Of a DNA stretch of 64,000 nucleotides, positions 1-9,661 are shown one piece after another; within the stretch, counting starts at the first letter, position 1; the number at the start of each line of letters is the position of its first letter. This DNA comes from Vicinamibacteria bacterium (GTDB lineage: Bacteria > Acidobacteriota > Vicinamibacteria > Marinacidobacterales > Marinacidobacteraceae). Position numbers and translations under genes: made by a program. The DNA is taken from positions 832,001-896,000 of the forward strand of contig OY729431.1 of the NCBI GenBank assembly GCA_963422395.1. Direction: 5' to 3'. The notes beneath the pieces were generated by a model, which was not told the origin of the DNA, did not search any database, and saw only the letters and a list, made by a program, of their open reading frames with translations.

Positions 1-603
<603 letters not shown>

Positions 604-678
604 GCGGGCCCGCCGGCTCCGCCCCTCTCGCGAGCTTCCGCCGCGCGCCCGGTTTCCCCGCCCGACTCGGGGTTCGGT

Positions 679-1164
679 TCAGGAGGCGCTGCCGCCGGGG
701 GCCGAGCCCGCGCGCAGCTTCGCGGCCAGGTAGGCCGGATGCTCCACATGGAGAAGCGTCGCCACCTTGCGGATGAGGTGCTCTTCCTCCCCGGCCAACT
801 GCTCGTCGGCGAACGCGACCCGGAACAAAAGCTCGATCACCACGGCTTTCTGTTCGCGGGAGAAGCTCCGGTCCACCGAGCGGGTGAATTCGTAGAGCGA
901 GACCGCCTTGCGGGACCGGCGGCCGGCGATCTCGAAGACCTCCGCGGTCTCCTGCGGATCGAGGGCGAAAGCGGTTTCGATGCCGGACACGATGGCCTGG
1001 CGCTCGCGCTCGTCCACTTCGTGGTCGGCCGCCGAAACCTCGAGCAGCAGGACCGCGGTGGCGATCTGCACCTCCCGGAGTGAGGGCGGCGCCGCGGGAG
1101 TGCCGCCCGCGGCATCGCCGGCCGCCGGCCGCCGCCCGCTCACGAAGTCGCGGATCCAACTCAT
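679..1164 (-). CDS. TerB family protein
   Basis: 161 aa; pattern ATAVLLLEVSAAD..E..LFRVAFAD..EEHLIRKVATLL typical of TerB-like proteins. Confidence 0.8.
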   Translation of the reverse strand: MSWIRDFVSGRRPAAGDAAGGTPAAPPSLREVQIATAVLLLEVSAADHEVDERERQAIVSGIETAFALDPQETAEVFEIAGRRSRKAVSLYEFTRSVDRSFSREQKAVVIELLFRVAFADEQLAGEEEHLIRKVATLLHVEHPAYLAAKLRAGSAPGGSAS

Positions 1165-1201
1165 CGTTCGTTCGCGTCCTCGGGCGAGTCCCGGAGCGGG
1201 G

Positions 1202-2791
1202 TCACGCGGCCCTCACGGCCAGCGCGGCGGAGGGGCGTGAACGCCAGCTCCAGAGGCCGAAGGCGCCCAATCCGAGGAACATCGTCAACAGGCTGACTAC
1301 GAATCCCGCCACCGGGATCTCCACCGCCAGGGCGAGGATACCGAGGCCGAGGGCGATCCGGGCGATCCGCTGTCCGGTGGTGGATGCGAGGCCGAGGATG
1401 GCCTGTCCGATCACCATCGCCGCCACCACCCGCGCCGCATAGAGCAGGAACAGGTAGAGCGCCGCGGTCGTGAAGGCCAGCGGAAGTCCGACGAAGGTGA
1501 TGGCGAGGAGCACCGCAGCGAAAGGAAGCCCCACGAACAGCAGCAATCCCAGCAGCAGCGGCTTCAGCGGGCGCCCGCCGACCGCAGCCATCCCGGCGAG
1601 AGGGCCGGAGGCGAGCAGCACCACGGCGAGGCCGAGGACCAGCCCCATCCCCCAGCGGATCAGAACCTCCAGCACCGCCCCCCAGGGCTCCTCTTCCTCC
1701 GGCTCGGGCCGGACCCATTCGACGGCGGAAGCCCCGGGGGAACGCTGCGGCTCGTTCGATCCGTAGTATCTCGCCGATCCGCTGACCGACGCCTGGGAGC
1801 CGAGTTCGAGCTGGTTCCCTCCGAACTTGAGGTCTCCGCTGACCGGCGCATCGAGTTCCAGGCGCCTCCCCGCGGCGAGCAGCGAACGCCCGACCGGCGC
1901 CGCCACCGACAAACGGTCCCCGGCGATCATCACCGCGCCGCCGACCCGGCCGCCGGGAAGCACCGAGATCCGCTCTCCCGCAGCAGCGAGGCCGCGTCCT
2001 ACCTCGCCGGCGACTCGAAGCGACTGCGCCGCGCCGCGCAGGCTGAGGCCGACGCTTCCGTCGACGATCAGTTCGCCGCCGACGGCGAACACATCGCCGT
2101 CCACCCGTCCGCTGAGTGTGAGTATGCCGCCGGCGAAGTACACATCGCCCCGAACCGTGCCCGCGATGACCGCCTCCTCGCACAGCAGCAGCAGGTCGTC
2201 GTCCACCACCTGTCCGGCGGCGATGCGGCAGTTCGCGGACTCGCCGGTTGCGATTTCCAGGGCTTCGGCGGGGGAGTCGAGCGCGGTGATCCCGGGGACC
2301 AGCGCAGCGGTCAGGAGGAGCGGCGCCCTGCCGACGCGGCGGCGGACGGCGGCGGTGGATGCCAGGACGATTCCAACGAGAGTCATGAGGAGGATGCCTC
2401 CATGGGCGAGTTGGGTGCCGATCTGCTGGAAGTCCATCAGCGAGAGGAACCGGTAACCGAGATTCGAGAGCAGGGGGAGCGCGTCGGGAAGCGGAGCTTC
2501 GGAGGCCGCTTCGCCGAAGGAGGCGAAGAGCCGCCGGAAGACGACGAGGCCGAAAGAGGCGAGGAGACCGGCGGCCACCACCCAGCCGAGTTCGCGTCGA
2601 ATGTTCCGCTCCGGGGCCGCCTCCAAGGGGATCGCCGCCTGCAGAACCTCGCTCTCCCGCTGCAGCCCCTCGTAGAGTCGGCCGCAGGGGAAGCAGTGGA
2701 CGAGGTGGGAGCGAGCTGCGGCCGTTTCGGCAGGGGTCAACTCGGAGTCTCCGAGGGCCAGCAGTTCCCGTTCGGAAAGGTGGTTCTCCAC
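1202..2791 (-). CDS. zf-HC2 anti-sigma factor fused to a bactofilin-like beta-helix and a multi-pass membrane domain
   Basis: GTG start 2 nt after the sigma stop; HLVHCFPC zinc motif, TM segments, repeated G-x-V-x-G-D-V/L units, hydrophobic C-terminal helices. Confidence 0.75.
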   Translation of the reverse strand: MENHLSERELLALGDSELTPAETAAARSHLVHCFPCGRLYEGLQRESEVLQAAIPLEAAPERNIRRELGWVVAAGLLASFGLVVFRRLFASFGEAASEAPLPDALPLLSNLGYRFLSLMDFQQIGTQLAHGGILLMTLVGIVLASTAAVRRRVGRAPLLLTAALVPGITALDSPAEALEIATGESANCRIAAGQVVDDDLLLLCEEAVIAGTVRGDVYFAGGILTLSGRVDGDVFAVGGELIVDGSVGLSLRGAAQSLRVAGEVGRGLAAAGERISVLPGGRVGGAVMIAGDRLSVAAPVGRSLLAAGRRLELDAPVSGDLKFGGNQLELGSQASVSGSARYYGSNEPQRSPGASAVEWVRPEPEEEEPWGAVLEVLIRWGMGLVLGLAVVLLASGPLAGMAAVGGRPLKPLLLGLLLFVGLPFAAVLLAITFVGLPLAFTTAALYLFLLYAARVVAAMVIGQAILGLASTTGQRIARIALGLGILALAVEIPVAGFVVSLLTMFLGLGAFGLWSWRSRPSAALAVRAA

Positions 2792-2793
2792 GG

Positions 2794-3402
2794 TCAGATT
2801 TCCTCGCCGGCCAGGTATTCGCGCATCCGGCGCCGGCCGCGGAGCAGGAGGACGCCCACATTCGTGCGGGTCACCCCGAGGATCTCCGCGATTTCCCGGT
2901 AGTTCGATCCCGCGCCGTGGCGGAGCGTGAGAGCGAATCGCTGCCGGAGCGGCAGTCGGTCGAGTGCCTCGCGGATCCGTTCTCCCCGCTCGGCGACGAT
3001 CAACTGCTCGAGCGGGTTCGGCGCCTCCGAGACCAGGCTGGCCTCGCCCTCGTCGTCGAGCGGTTCGGAGCGTGCGCGCCGACGCGCTTCGTCCCAGCAC
3101 CGATTCGCCGCGACCCTGAAGAGCCAGGGCGCGAACGGACGGGAATCGTCGAAAGTATCGAGCCGGAAACGCGCCTTCAGCATGATTTCGCTGGCGAGAT
3201 CGTCGGCGTCGGCGCCGGGGAGCGCCCGGCGGCAGAAACCGAGGATTCGGGGGTGGAAATGGGAATAGAGCGCCTCCCACGCACGCGATCCGGCGTCGTT
3301 CCCGGTGTTCTCGCCAGTCCGGCGGCAGATGCGGACCAGCCGGGTGATTTCCCGATTCTCGAGTGGCCGGTCGCTTGGCCCGCCGTCGATCATCCCTCCC
3401 AC
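2794..3402 (-). CDS. ECF RNA polymerase sigma-70 factor
   Basis: Region 2 (FAPWLFRVAANRCWD) and region 4 (YREIAEILG..VGVLLLRGR). Confidence 0.9.
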   Translation of the reverse strand: MGGMIDGGPSDRPLENREITRLVRICRRTGENTGNDAGSRAWEALYSHFHPRILGFCRRALPGADADDLASEIMLKARFRLDTFDDSRPFAPWLFRVAANRCWDEARRRARSEPLDDEGEASLVSEAPNPLEQLIVAERGERIREALDRLPLRQRFALTLRHGAGSNYREIAEILGVTRTNVGVLLLRGRRRMREYLAGEEI

Positions 3403-3491
3403 CCTCCGTTACGCCCAGCCAAGCTCAGAGATTACATGGTGCAACGCCGAGGACGACGAGGCATCGGGCGGGGCTCCTTAGAATCCCGGCG

Positions 3492-4805
3492 ATGCGAGCC
3501 ACTCGCCGCCGGATCGTTTTCGGCGGGGTATTCGTCCTGCTGGCCTTCGGGGTCGCTTTCGCGGCGTGGACGCTGGATCGGATGGCGCTGGCCTACACCA
3601 CCGGACTCCGGCGGACTCCGGACGGGCCGGGGTTTTTCGGAGCCACCGCCCCGCAGGGCGGACCGGTGCCGGGGGTGGCGTTCCTGGGGTGGTCCGAGCC
3701 GGCCGGAGAAGCGGCGGGTCCGGTGTCCGGGTTCGTGATGCGCCGGGTCTCCGCTCAGGGGCGGGAGGCCGGGCTCCGGCGGGGAGACCGAGTCGCCGCG
3801 GTGGACGGGGCCGCCTATCCCGATGCCCGCGCGGCGGCTGCCGGGCTCGTCGGAAGCCGGGGCGCCGGAGAGGTGGTGGATCTCACGGTCGTGCGCGGGG
3901 AGGAAGAATTCGCCCTGTCGCTGCGGCTCGGCCGCTACCTGCGGCATCCGGGGGATCTGGGGCTGCCGTTCGAGGAAGTGGAGTTCCCCTCGGAAAGCGG
4001 CCACACCCTGCGCGGCTGGTGGATTCCGCCGCCCGAAGACAGCGACGGGCGGGTGGTGGTCTGGGTGCACGGAGCCCATTCCTCGCGATTCCAGGCGCTC
4101 GACCACGGGGCCGAGTTCCTCCGGGACCGCGGCTACGGGATCCTGACCATGGATCTTTCCGGGCGCGGTTCGAGCGGCGGGAAATACATCACCTACACCC
4201 GGAACGAGCGCCACGATGTGCGGGCGGCGGTCGAGTTCGCCCGGTCGCGGCCGGTCGCGGCCGCTTCGCGGGTGGTGGTGTTCGGAACCTCGAACGGCGC
4301 GTCCTCGGCGATCTACGCGGCCGCCCGGCTCGGGGACCTCCCGGCCCTCGCGCTCGACGCCCCCTACTCCGATCTCTGGCGCGCTGCCGGCTCGATGCTC
4401 ACGGTGCGCGGGGGCTCCCCCAGCCTGCGGGCGCCGCTCTCCTTCTTCGTCTGGGTGCGCACCGGTCTTCGCATCCGAGAGGTTCGCCCCATCGAGGCGA
4501 TCACGGCGATCTCCGGGCCGGTGCTCTTCGTACACGGAGATCAGGACCGGCAGGTGCCGCCCGAGCACAGCCTCGAACTCCACGAGGCCCGGCTGGCGGC
4601 CGGGTTGCCCTCGCGGCGCTGGGTATTGCCCGGGGGGGAGCACGGCTTCGACGACTATCCGCCGCCCGGGATCTTCTGGAACCGGGTCGCCGATTTCTTC
4701 GACGCCGCGCTCGGCGGCCGTCCGGCGGGGCGGGAGCTCGGAGGCCCGACGCCGGATACCCTCGACGATCCGGTCTGGCCTGCGGGAGCCCCGGGAGGCC
4801 GTTGA
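3492..4805 (+). CDS. Membrane-anchored PDZ-domain alpha/beta hydrolase
   Basis: N-terminal TM, PDZ-like AGLRRGDRVAAVDG, nucleophile GTSNG, HGDQD..H catalytic motifs. Confidence 0.8.
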   Translation: MRATRRRIVFGGVFVLLAFGVAFAAWTLDRMALAYTTGLRRTPDGPGFFGATAPQGGPVPGVAFLGWSEPAGEAAGPVSGFVMRRVSAQGREAGLRRGDRVAAVDGAAYPDARAAAAGLVGSRGAGEVVDLTVVRGEEEFALSLRLGRYLRHPGDLGLPFEEVEFPSESGHTLRGWWIPPPEDSDGRVVVWVHGAHSSRFQALDHGAEFLRDRGYGILTMDLSGRGSSGGKYITYTRNERHDVRAAVEFARSRPVAAASRVVVFGTSNGASSAIYAAARLGDLPALALDAPYSDLWRAAGSMLTVRGGSPSLRAPLSFFVWVRTGLRIREVRPIEAITAISGPVLFVHGDQDRQVPPEHSLELHEARLAAGLPSRRWVLPGGEHGFDDYPPPGIFWNRVADFFDAALGGRPAGRELGGPTPDTLDDPVWPAGAPGGR

Positions 4806-7216
4806 TGCGCCGACGAGTCCTCCGCGCGGCGCTGCGATGGTGCGCCGGGGTGGGGCTCTTCGCCGCGTGCGGGGCCGGGGCCCCTCCGGCTCCGGCAGGG
4901 ATCGGACCGGACCCGGACTACGCGGAGCTGACGGATCGGCTGTCGGAGATCGCGCGCGCCGCAAGGGAGCGCCACCGGATTCCCGGGCTCGCGCTCGCGC
5001 TGACCAGCGGCGACCGGATCGTCTGGGCGCAGGGGTTCGGTGAGGCGCGCCCGGGCGTTCCCGCGGATGCGGACACCCTCTTCCGGGTGGGCTCGGTCTC
5101 GAAACTCTTCACCGACATCGCGGTGCTGGCCCGCCGCCGAGCCGGCGAACTGGATATCGACGCCCCGGTTGCGGAAGTGCTCCCCGGATTCGCTCCGGCG
5201 GCGGGGCCGGCGGCAGCGATCAGCCTGCGGCAGCTGATGGCCCATCGCGCCGGGCTCGTCCGCGAACCCCCGGTGGGCCACTACTTCGACGATTCCGCTC
5301 CCACCCTCGAAGCGACGGTCTCCAGTTTGAGCCGGGCGCCGCTGGTCTTCCCGCCGGGAACCCGCGAGAAGTACTCGAACGCCGGGATCGCGGTGGTCGG
5401 TCGAGTGCTCGAGCGAATCTCCGGCAAGCCGTTCGCCGAGGCGGTGACCGAGTCCGTCCTCGATCCTCTCGGACTCGACTCCAGCTTCTTCTCGCTGGCT
5501 CGGGCGCCGGCGGACCGGCTCGCTCGCGGCTCGATGTGGAGCTACGACGGGCGAGAGTTCCCGGCGCCGACCTTCCCGCTCGGGATGGCGCCGGCCGGTT
5601 CCATGGTGTCTTCGGTCCGGGACCTCGGCCGCTTCCTGACCCTGCTCGCCGGAGGAGAGCTTCCGGGAGTGCTCGACGGGGAATCGCTCTCCGAGATGTG
5701 GAGGGTGCAGTTCCCCGAAAATCCCGACGATCCCGATCCCGCCGGTTTCGGTCTCGGGTTCCACCTCGGCGCGCTCGAAACCGGGGACGGCGGTTCCCTT
5801 CGTCTGGTCGGCCACGGCGGGGCGATCTACGGCTTTTCGACGGAACTCGCGTTCCTTCCCGAAGCGGGCTTCGGCGCGGTGGCGGTCAGCAATGTGGACT
5901 TCACGAACGGCGTCGTCCGGAGGATCGTCCGAAGCGCGCTCCGGGGATTGCTCGCTCGCGGCCGGGAGCTGCCGCGCTGGCGGCCGAGCGACCCGCTGCC
6001 GCCGGACCTCGGAGACCTGTTGCACGGCCTCTACGAGAACGAGGGCGGTTCCCGCGCTCGGGTGACGGCGCGGGGAGCGGGCGCCCAACTCGAGATCGGC
6101 AGCCGGACGGTCGCCCTGCGTGCCGCGAACGGGGCCGGCAGCGAAGGAAACTCGCTGGTCGGCGACTTTCGACTCCTCGGCCCCCGGCTTTCGGTCGTTT
6201 CCGGTCCTGCCGGAGGAGTCCACGCTCTCGAGATCGACTCCGAGGTCTTCCGCCGTATTTCCGATCCGCTCCCTCCCCCTCCTCCGCCGGAGTTCCTCCC
6301 TCTCCTCGGGGAGTACGGCTGGGACCACAACATCCTCTTCGTGTTCGAGCGCGACGGCGCTCTCACCGTCCTCATCGAGTGGCTCGAGCGCTACGCGATG
6401 ATCCAGGACGCCGCCGACCCCGACCGCTTCCACTTTCCGGACCACGGGCTCTATCCGGGCGAGTCGCTGCGTTTCCTCCGGGGGCCGAACGGCCGGGTCA
6501 CCGGCGCCGATCTCTCCGGGATCGTCTTCCCTCGCCGCCCGGACCCGGGGGAGGGAACCTTCCGGATCGAACCGCTCCTTCCGATCGGGGAGCTGCGTCG
6601 GCTCGCCGGCGAAGCCTCGCCCCCGGTCGAGGAGGGCGATTTCCTCGCGCCGGACCTCGTGCGGCTCACCGATCTCGACCCGTCGATCCGGCTGGATGTG
6701 CGCTACGCCTCGGAAGACAACTTCATGGGGACGGCGTTCTACGAAGTGGCCGACGCTTTCTTGCAACGCCCCGCCGCCGAGGCGCTCGTCCGGGCGAACG
6801 CCGCGCTCCGCGAGTACGGGTACGGCATCGTCGTCCACGACGGCTACCGCCCGTGGCGGGTCACCCGGATGTTCTTCGACGCCACCCCCGAACCCCAGCG
6901 GATCTTCGTGGCCGACCCGGCCTCGGGATCGCGCCACAACCGGGGAGCCGCGGTGGACATCGGCCTCTACGACCTGGAAACCGGCGGGGTGCTCCAGTTC
7001 GTATCCGGCTACGACGAGTTCTCGGAACGGGCTTTCCCCCGCTATGTCGGGGGGACTTCACCGCAGCGCTGGCTCCGGGAGCTGCTGCGGCGCGCGATGG
7101 AGCGCGAGGGCTTCGCCGGGTACGAGTACGAGTGGTGGCACTTCGACTTCGGCGGCTGGGAGCGTTACCGCATCCAGAACCTCCCGCTCCACCGGGTCGG
7201 CGGCGCCGGATCGTGA
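4805..7216 (+). CDS. Lipoprotein serine hydrolase (beta-lactamase family) fused to a VanX-type D-Ala-D-Ala dipeptidase (M15)
   Basis: Lipobox-like LFAAC; SxxK (GSVSK), YSN, HGG; C-terminal DGYRP, SRHNRG.AVD, EWWHF. Confidence 0.85.
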   Translation: MRRRVLRAALRWCAGVGLFAACGAGAPPAPAGIGPDPDYAELTDRLSEIARAARERHRIPGLALALTSGDRIVWAQGFGEARPGVPADADTLFRVGSVSKLFTDIAVLARRRAGELDIDAPVAEVLPGFAPAAGPAAAISLRQLMAHRAGLVREPPVGHYFDDSAPTLEATVSSLSRAPLVFPPGTREKYSNAGIAVVGRVLERISGKPFAEAVTESVLDPLGLDSSFFSLARAPADRLARGSMWSYDGREFPAPTFPLGMAPAGSMVSSVRDLGRFLTLLAGGELPGVLDGESLSEMWRVQFPENPDDPDPAGFGLGFHLGALETGDGGSLRLVGHGGAIYGFSTELAFLPEAGFGAVAVSNVDFTNGVVRRIVRSALRGLLARGRELPRWRPSDPLPPDLGDLLHGLYENEGGSRARVTARGAGAQLEIGSRTVALRAANGAGSEGNSLVGDFRLLGPRLSVVSGPAGGVHALEIDSEVFRRISDPLPPPPPPEFLPLLGEYGWDHNILFVFERDGALTVLIEWLERYAMIQDAADPDRFHFPDHGLYPGESLRFLRGPNGRVTGADLSGIVFPRRPDPGEGTFRIEPLLPIGELRRLAGEASPPVEEGDFLAPDLVRLTDLDPSIRLDVRYASEDNFMGTAFYEVADAFLQRPAAEALVRANAALREYGYGIVVHDGYRPWRVTRMFFDATPEPQRIFVADPASGSRHNRGAAVDIGLYDLETGGVLQFVSGYDEFSERAFPRYVGGTSPQRWLRELLRRAMEREGFAGYEYEWWHFDFGGWERYRIQNLPLHRVGGAGS

Positions 7217-7944
7217 TCCTGGAGCGCTTCACCCGCGAAGGCCGCGAGGCGGCCCGCGTCCGGCGGGCGGCGAAAACGCTCACCGAGCGCTACGCCCAGC
7301 CCGAGGCGCGCCAGGACGCCGCCGAGCGCCTCCGCGACATCGGAACCCCGGAGGCGATCTACCAGCTCGCCCGGCGGTTCACGATGACCGCGGGGAACCT
7401 GGAGCAGGACGATCAGGAGAAGCGCTGGGTGCGCGAGCTGCTGGTCGAGCTGGGCGAGCGGGCGGCGCCGCCGCTCCGGCGCTACCTGTCGGCCCACGAC
7501 GAGATCACCTGGGCGATTTCCGCCCTCGGTGCGCTGCTCCCCGCCGAGGAGCTGGCGGAGTTCCTCTTCTCGGTGCTCGAAGGCGGCGACCCGGTGGCGA
7601 TCCGGGGTCCCAAGGCGGTGCAGATCCTCGAATTCCTGGCGAGCCTCGAAGCCGAGGGAGTACCGGCCGGAGTGGCGCGCTGCCTTTCGAGCAGCGACGA
7701 CACGGTGCGGATCGCCGCGGTGCAGGCGCTTCGGGCACGCCGCGATCCGGCGACCCGCGGGGCGCTTCTCGAAGCGCTCGTTTCCGCGGACGAGGATTCG
7801 GTGCGGGTGCGGATCGCCCTCGCCGGCCTCTTCGCCGACTTCGCCTGGGAAGTCCGCGGCCGCCGTCCGGCCGTCGAGCGCGTTCTTCCCGACGGCTTTC
7901 GCGTCACCTCCCGCGGCCGGATCGTGAGAGCCGCCGGTTCATGA
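7213..7944 (+). CDS. HEAT-repeat protein
   Basis: GTGA overlap with upstream gene; HEAT-like repeats (DDTVRIAAVQAL, EDSVRVRIALA). Confidence 0.7.
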   Translation: MILERFTREGREAARVRRAAKTLTERYAQPEARQDAAERLRDIGTPEAIYQLARRFTMTAGNLEQDDQEKRWVRELLVELGERAAPPLRRYLSAHDEITWAISALGALLPAEELAEFLFSVLEGGDPVAIRGPKAVQILEFLASLEAEGVPAGVARCLSSSDDTVRIAAVQALRARRDPATRGALLEALVSADEDSVRVRIALAGLFADFAWEVRGRRPAVERVLPDGFRVTSRGRIVRAAGS

Positions 7945-8014
7945 ACCGGCGGCGGGCGCCCTTCGGGTCCCGGCTCCCCCCTTCCTCTCATCGCGCACTC
8001 CCGCGGCGTCTTCC

Positions 8015-9105
8015 ATGAACGAGAGCTCGCCGGATCTGCCGGAGCGCCTGCCGGCACCGCTACCCGACGCCTCGAAAGCCTCGGGCTCCGGCGGCGGGAC
8101 CCCGCCGCTCTTCCGCGGGGACGCCCTCGATGCCTATCCGATCTGGCGCCCTCGACTATCGTCTCCGACGGCGCCTACGGCGTCGGCGGCTTTCCGGGCG
8201 ACCCGAGGACGACGGACGGACTCGAGGCCTGGTACGCGCCGCATGTGGCGGCGTGGGACCGGTACTCCTCTCCGGCGACGACGCTCTGGTTCTGGAACAC
8301 CGAGCTGGGATGGGCGCAGATACATCCCCTGCTCGCTCGGCACGGCTTCGAATATGTGCAGACCATCGTGTGGGACAAGGGTCTCGCCCACATCGCCGGA
8401 AATGTGAACGGCGACACGATCCGCAGGTTTCCGGTGGTGACCGAGGTCTGCGTCTTCTATCGGAGGCGGGCGGTGTTCCGCACGGCGAAGGGGCCGATGG
8501 CGGCTCGCGAGTGGCTTCGCTACGAATGGCGCCGGGCCGGGCTTCCGTTTCGTCTGGCGAATGAGGCGTGCGGGATCGAGAACGCGGCCACGCGGAAGTA
8601 CCTCGCCTCCGACTGGCTCTGGTATCGGCCTCCGCCGGAGATGATGGAGCGGCTTTCGCGCTATGCGAATCTGCACGGCGCGCCCGCCGGAGCGCCGTAC
8701 TTCTCGCTCGATGGGCAGGAGCCGGTCAGCGCCCGCGCGTGGGCGGCGCTCCGCGACCGTTGGCATCATGTTCATGGCGTCACGAATGTCTGGTCCGCGC
8801 CTCCGCTCTACGGAGGCGAACGATTCAAGGGCAACGGAATTCGGTCGGCGCCGCGCGTGCACCGTCCCGGCCGCCAGGCGGCGGTCCACCTGAACCAAAA
8901 ACCCCTGGAATTCATGAGACGCATCCTGACCGCCTCGACGAATCCGGGAGATGTGGTCTGGGAGCCGTTCGGCGGACTCTGCAGCGCCTCGGTCGCCGCC
9001 ATCGCGCTCGACAGGCGACCGTTCGCCGCTGAAGCCGTGGAGCGGTTCGATCTGGCCGCCGACCGGCTGATGGCTGCGGCTCCCGCCGGGGCTGCCCCCG
9101 GATGA
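8015..9105 (+). pseudogene. N4/N6 DNA methyltransferase, frameshifted near 8147
   Basis: GDALDAYPIW in one frame continues as PSTIVSDGAYGVGGFPGD in another; later HLNQKP and VVWEPFGGLCS motifs. Confidence 0.8.
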
Positions 9106-9561
9106 CTGCGGTTCCGCCACCACCCGCACTCGATCCCGGGGATTCCCGGCCGCGGCTCGCGAGGCGGGTCCGCGAGGCAGTGATGGCTCTACCGGCTTAT
9201 TTCGATTCCCGGACGAACATCGAGGGATTGGGAGCGACCGATCTCTTCTCGCTGAACGCCCTGCTCGCCTCCACGATCGAGGTGAAGGTCGTCGAGACTC
9301 TGAACCGGATGCGTTCCGTGTGGGATCCCGATGACGAATGGGCTCTTCACTCATTCGAGCGCCAGGCGCAGACCTTTCCCGATGTGCTGCTCCGTAAACG
9401 GCACAGTGACGGCATTCGGACGGTGGCTCTCGGGATCGAACCCCGAGCGGGTCTTCGAGCAGTTGCGCCGAGAAGTCGACTCCGAGGCCCTGGCGAAGGG
9501 CGAGTCAGTCGCTCTGGACGCCCTCCGCCGATTGATCCAGGCGCTCGGCGAGAACCCCTGA
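9102..9561 (+). pseudogene. Probable PD-(D/E)xK restriction endonuclease with internal deletion
   Basis: ATGA overlap with the MTase; QTFPDVLL...ALGIE breaks off at ~9440; a helical C-terminus (NPERVFEQLRR...GENP*) follows in another frame. Confidence 0.6.
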
Positions 9562-9661
9562 GAGAAGGCGCGCCCTTGCCCATCGGGATCGCGATCGCCG
9601 CGCGAGGCCGTCGAAAGCGGCCGCCGCGCCATCGTCGGCGCCCCGCCGGAGCCGGACGGTC

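Noticed and set aside
679-1164. Tellurite resistance operon
   Set aside because: Only a single TerB-like gene; no other ter genes.
6640-7216. Vancomycin resistance (vanX)
   Set aside because: It is a fused domain in a diderm organism, with no vanH/vanA/vanRS.
7945-8010. Further degenerate family A remnants (also ~19620-19657)
   Set aside because: Similarity is too weak to support by eye.
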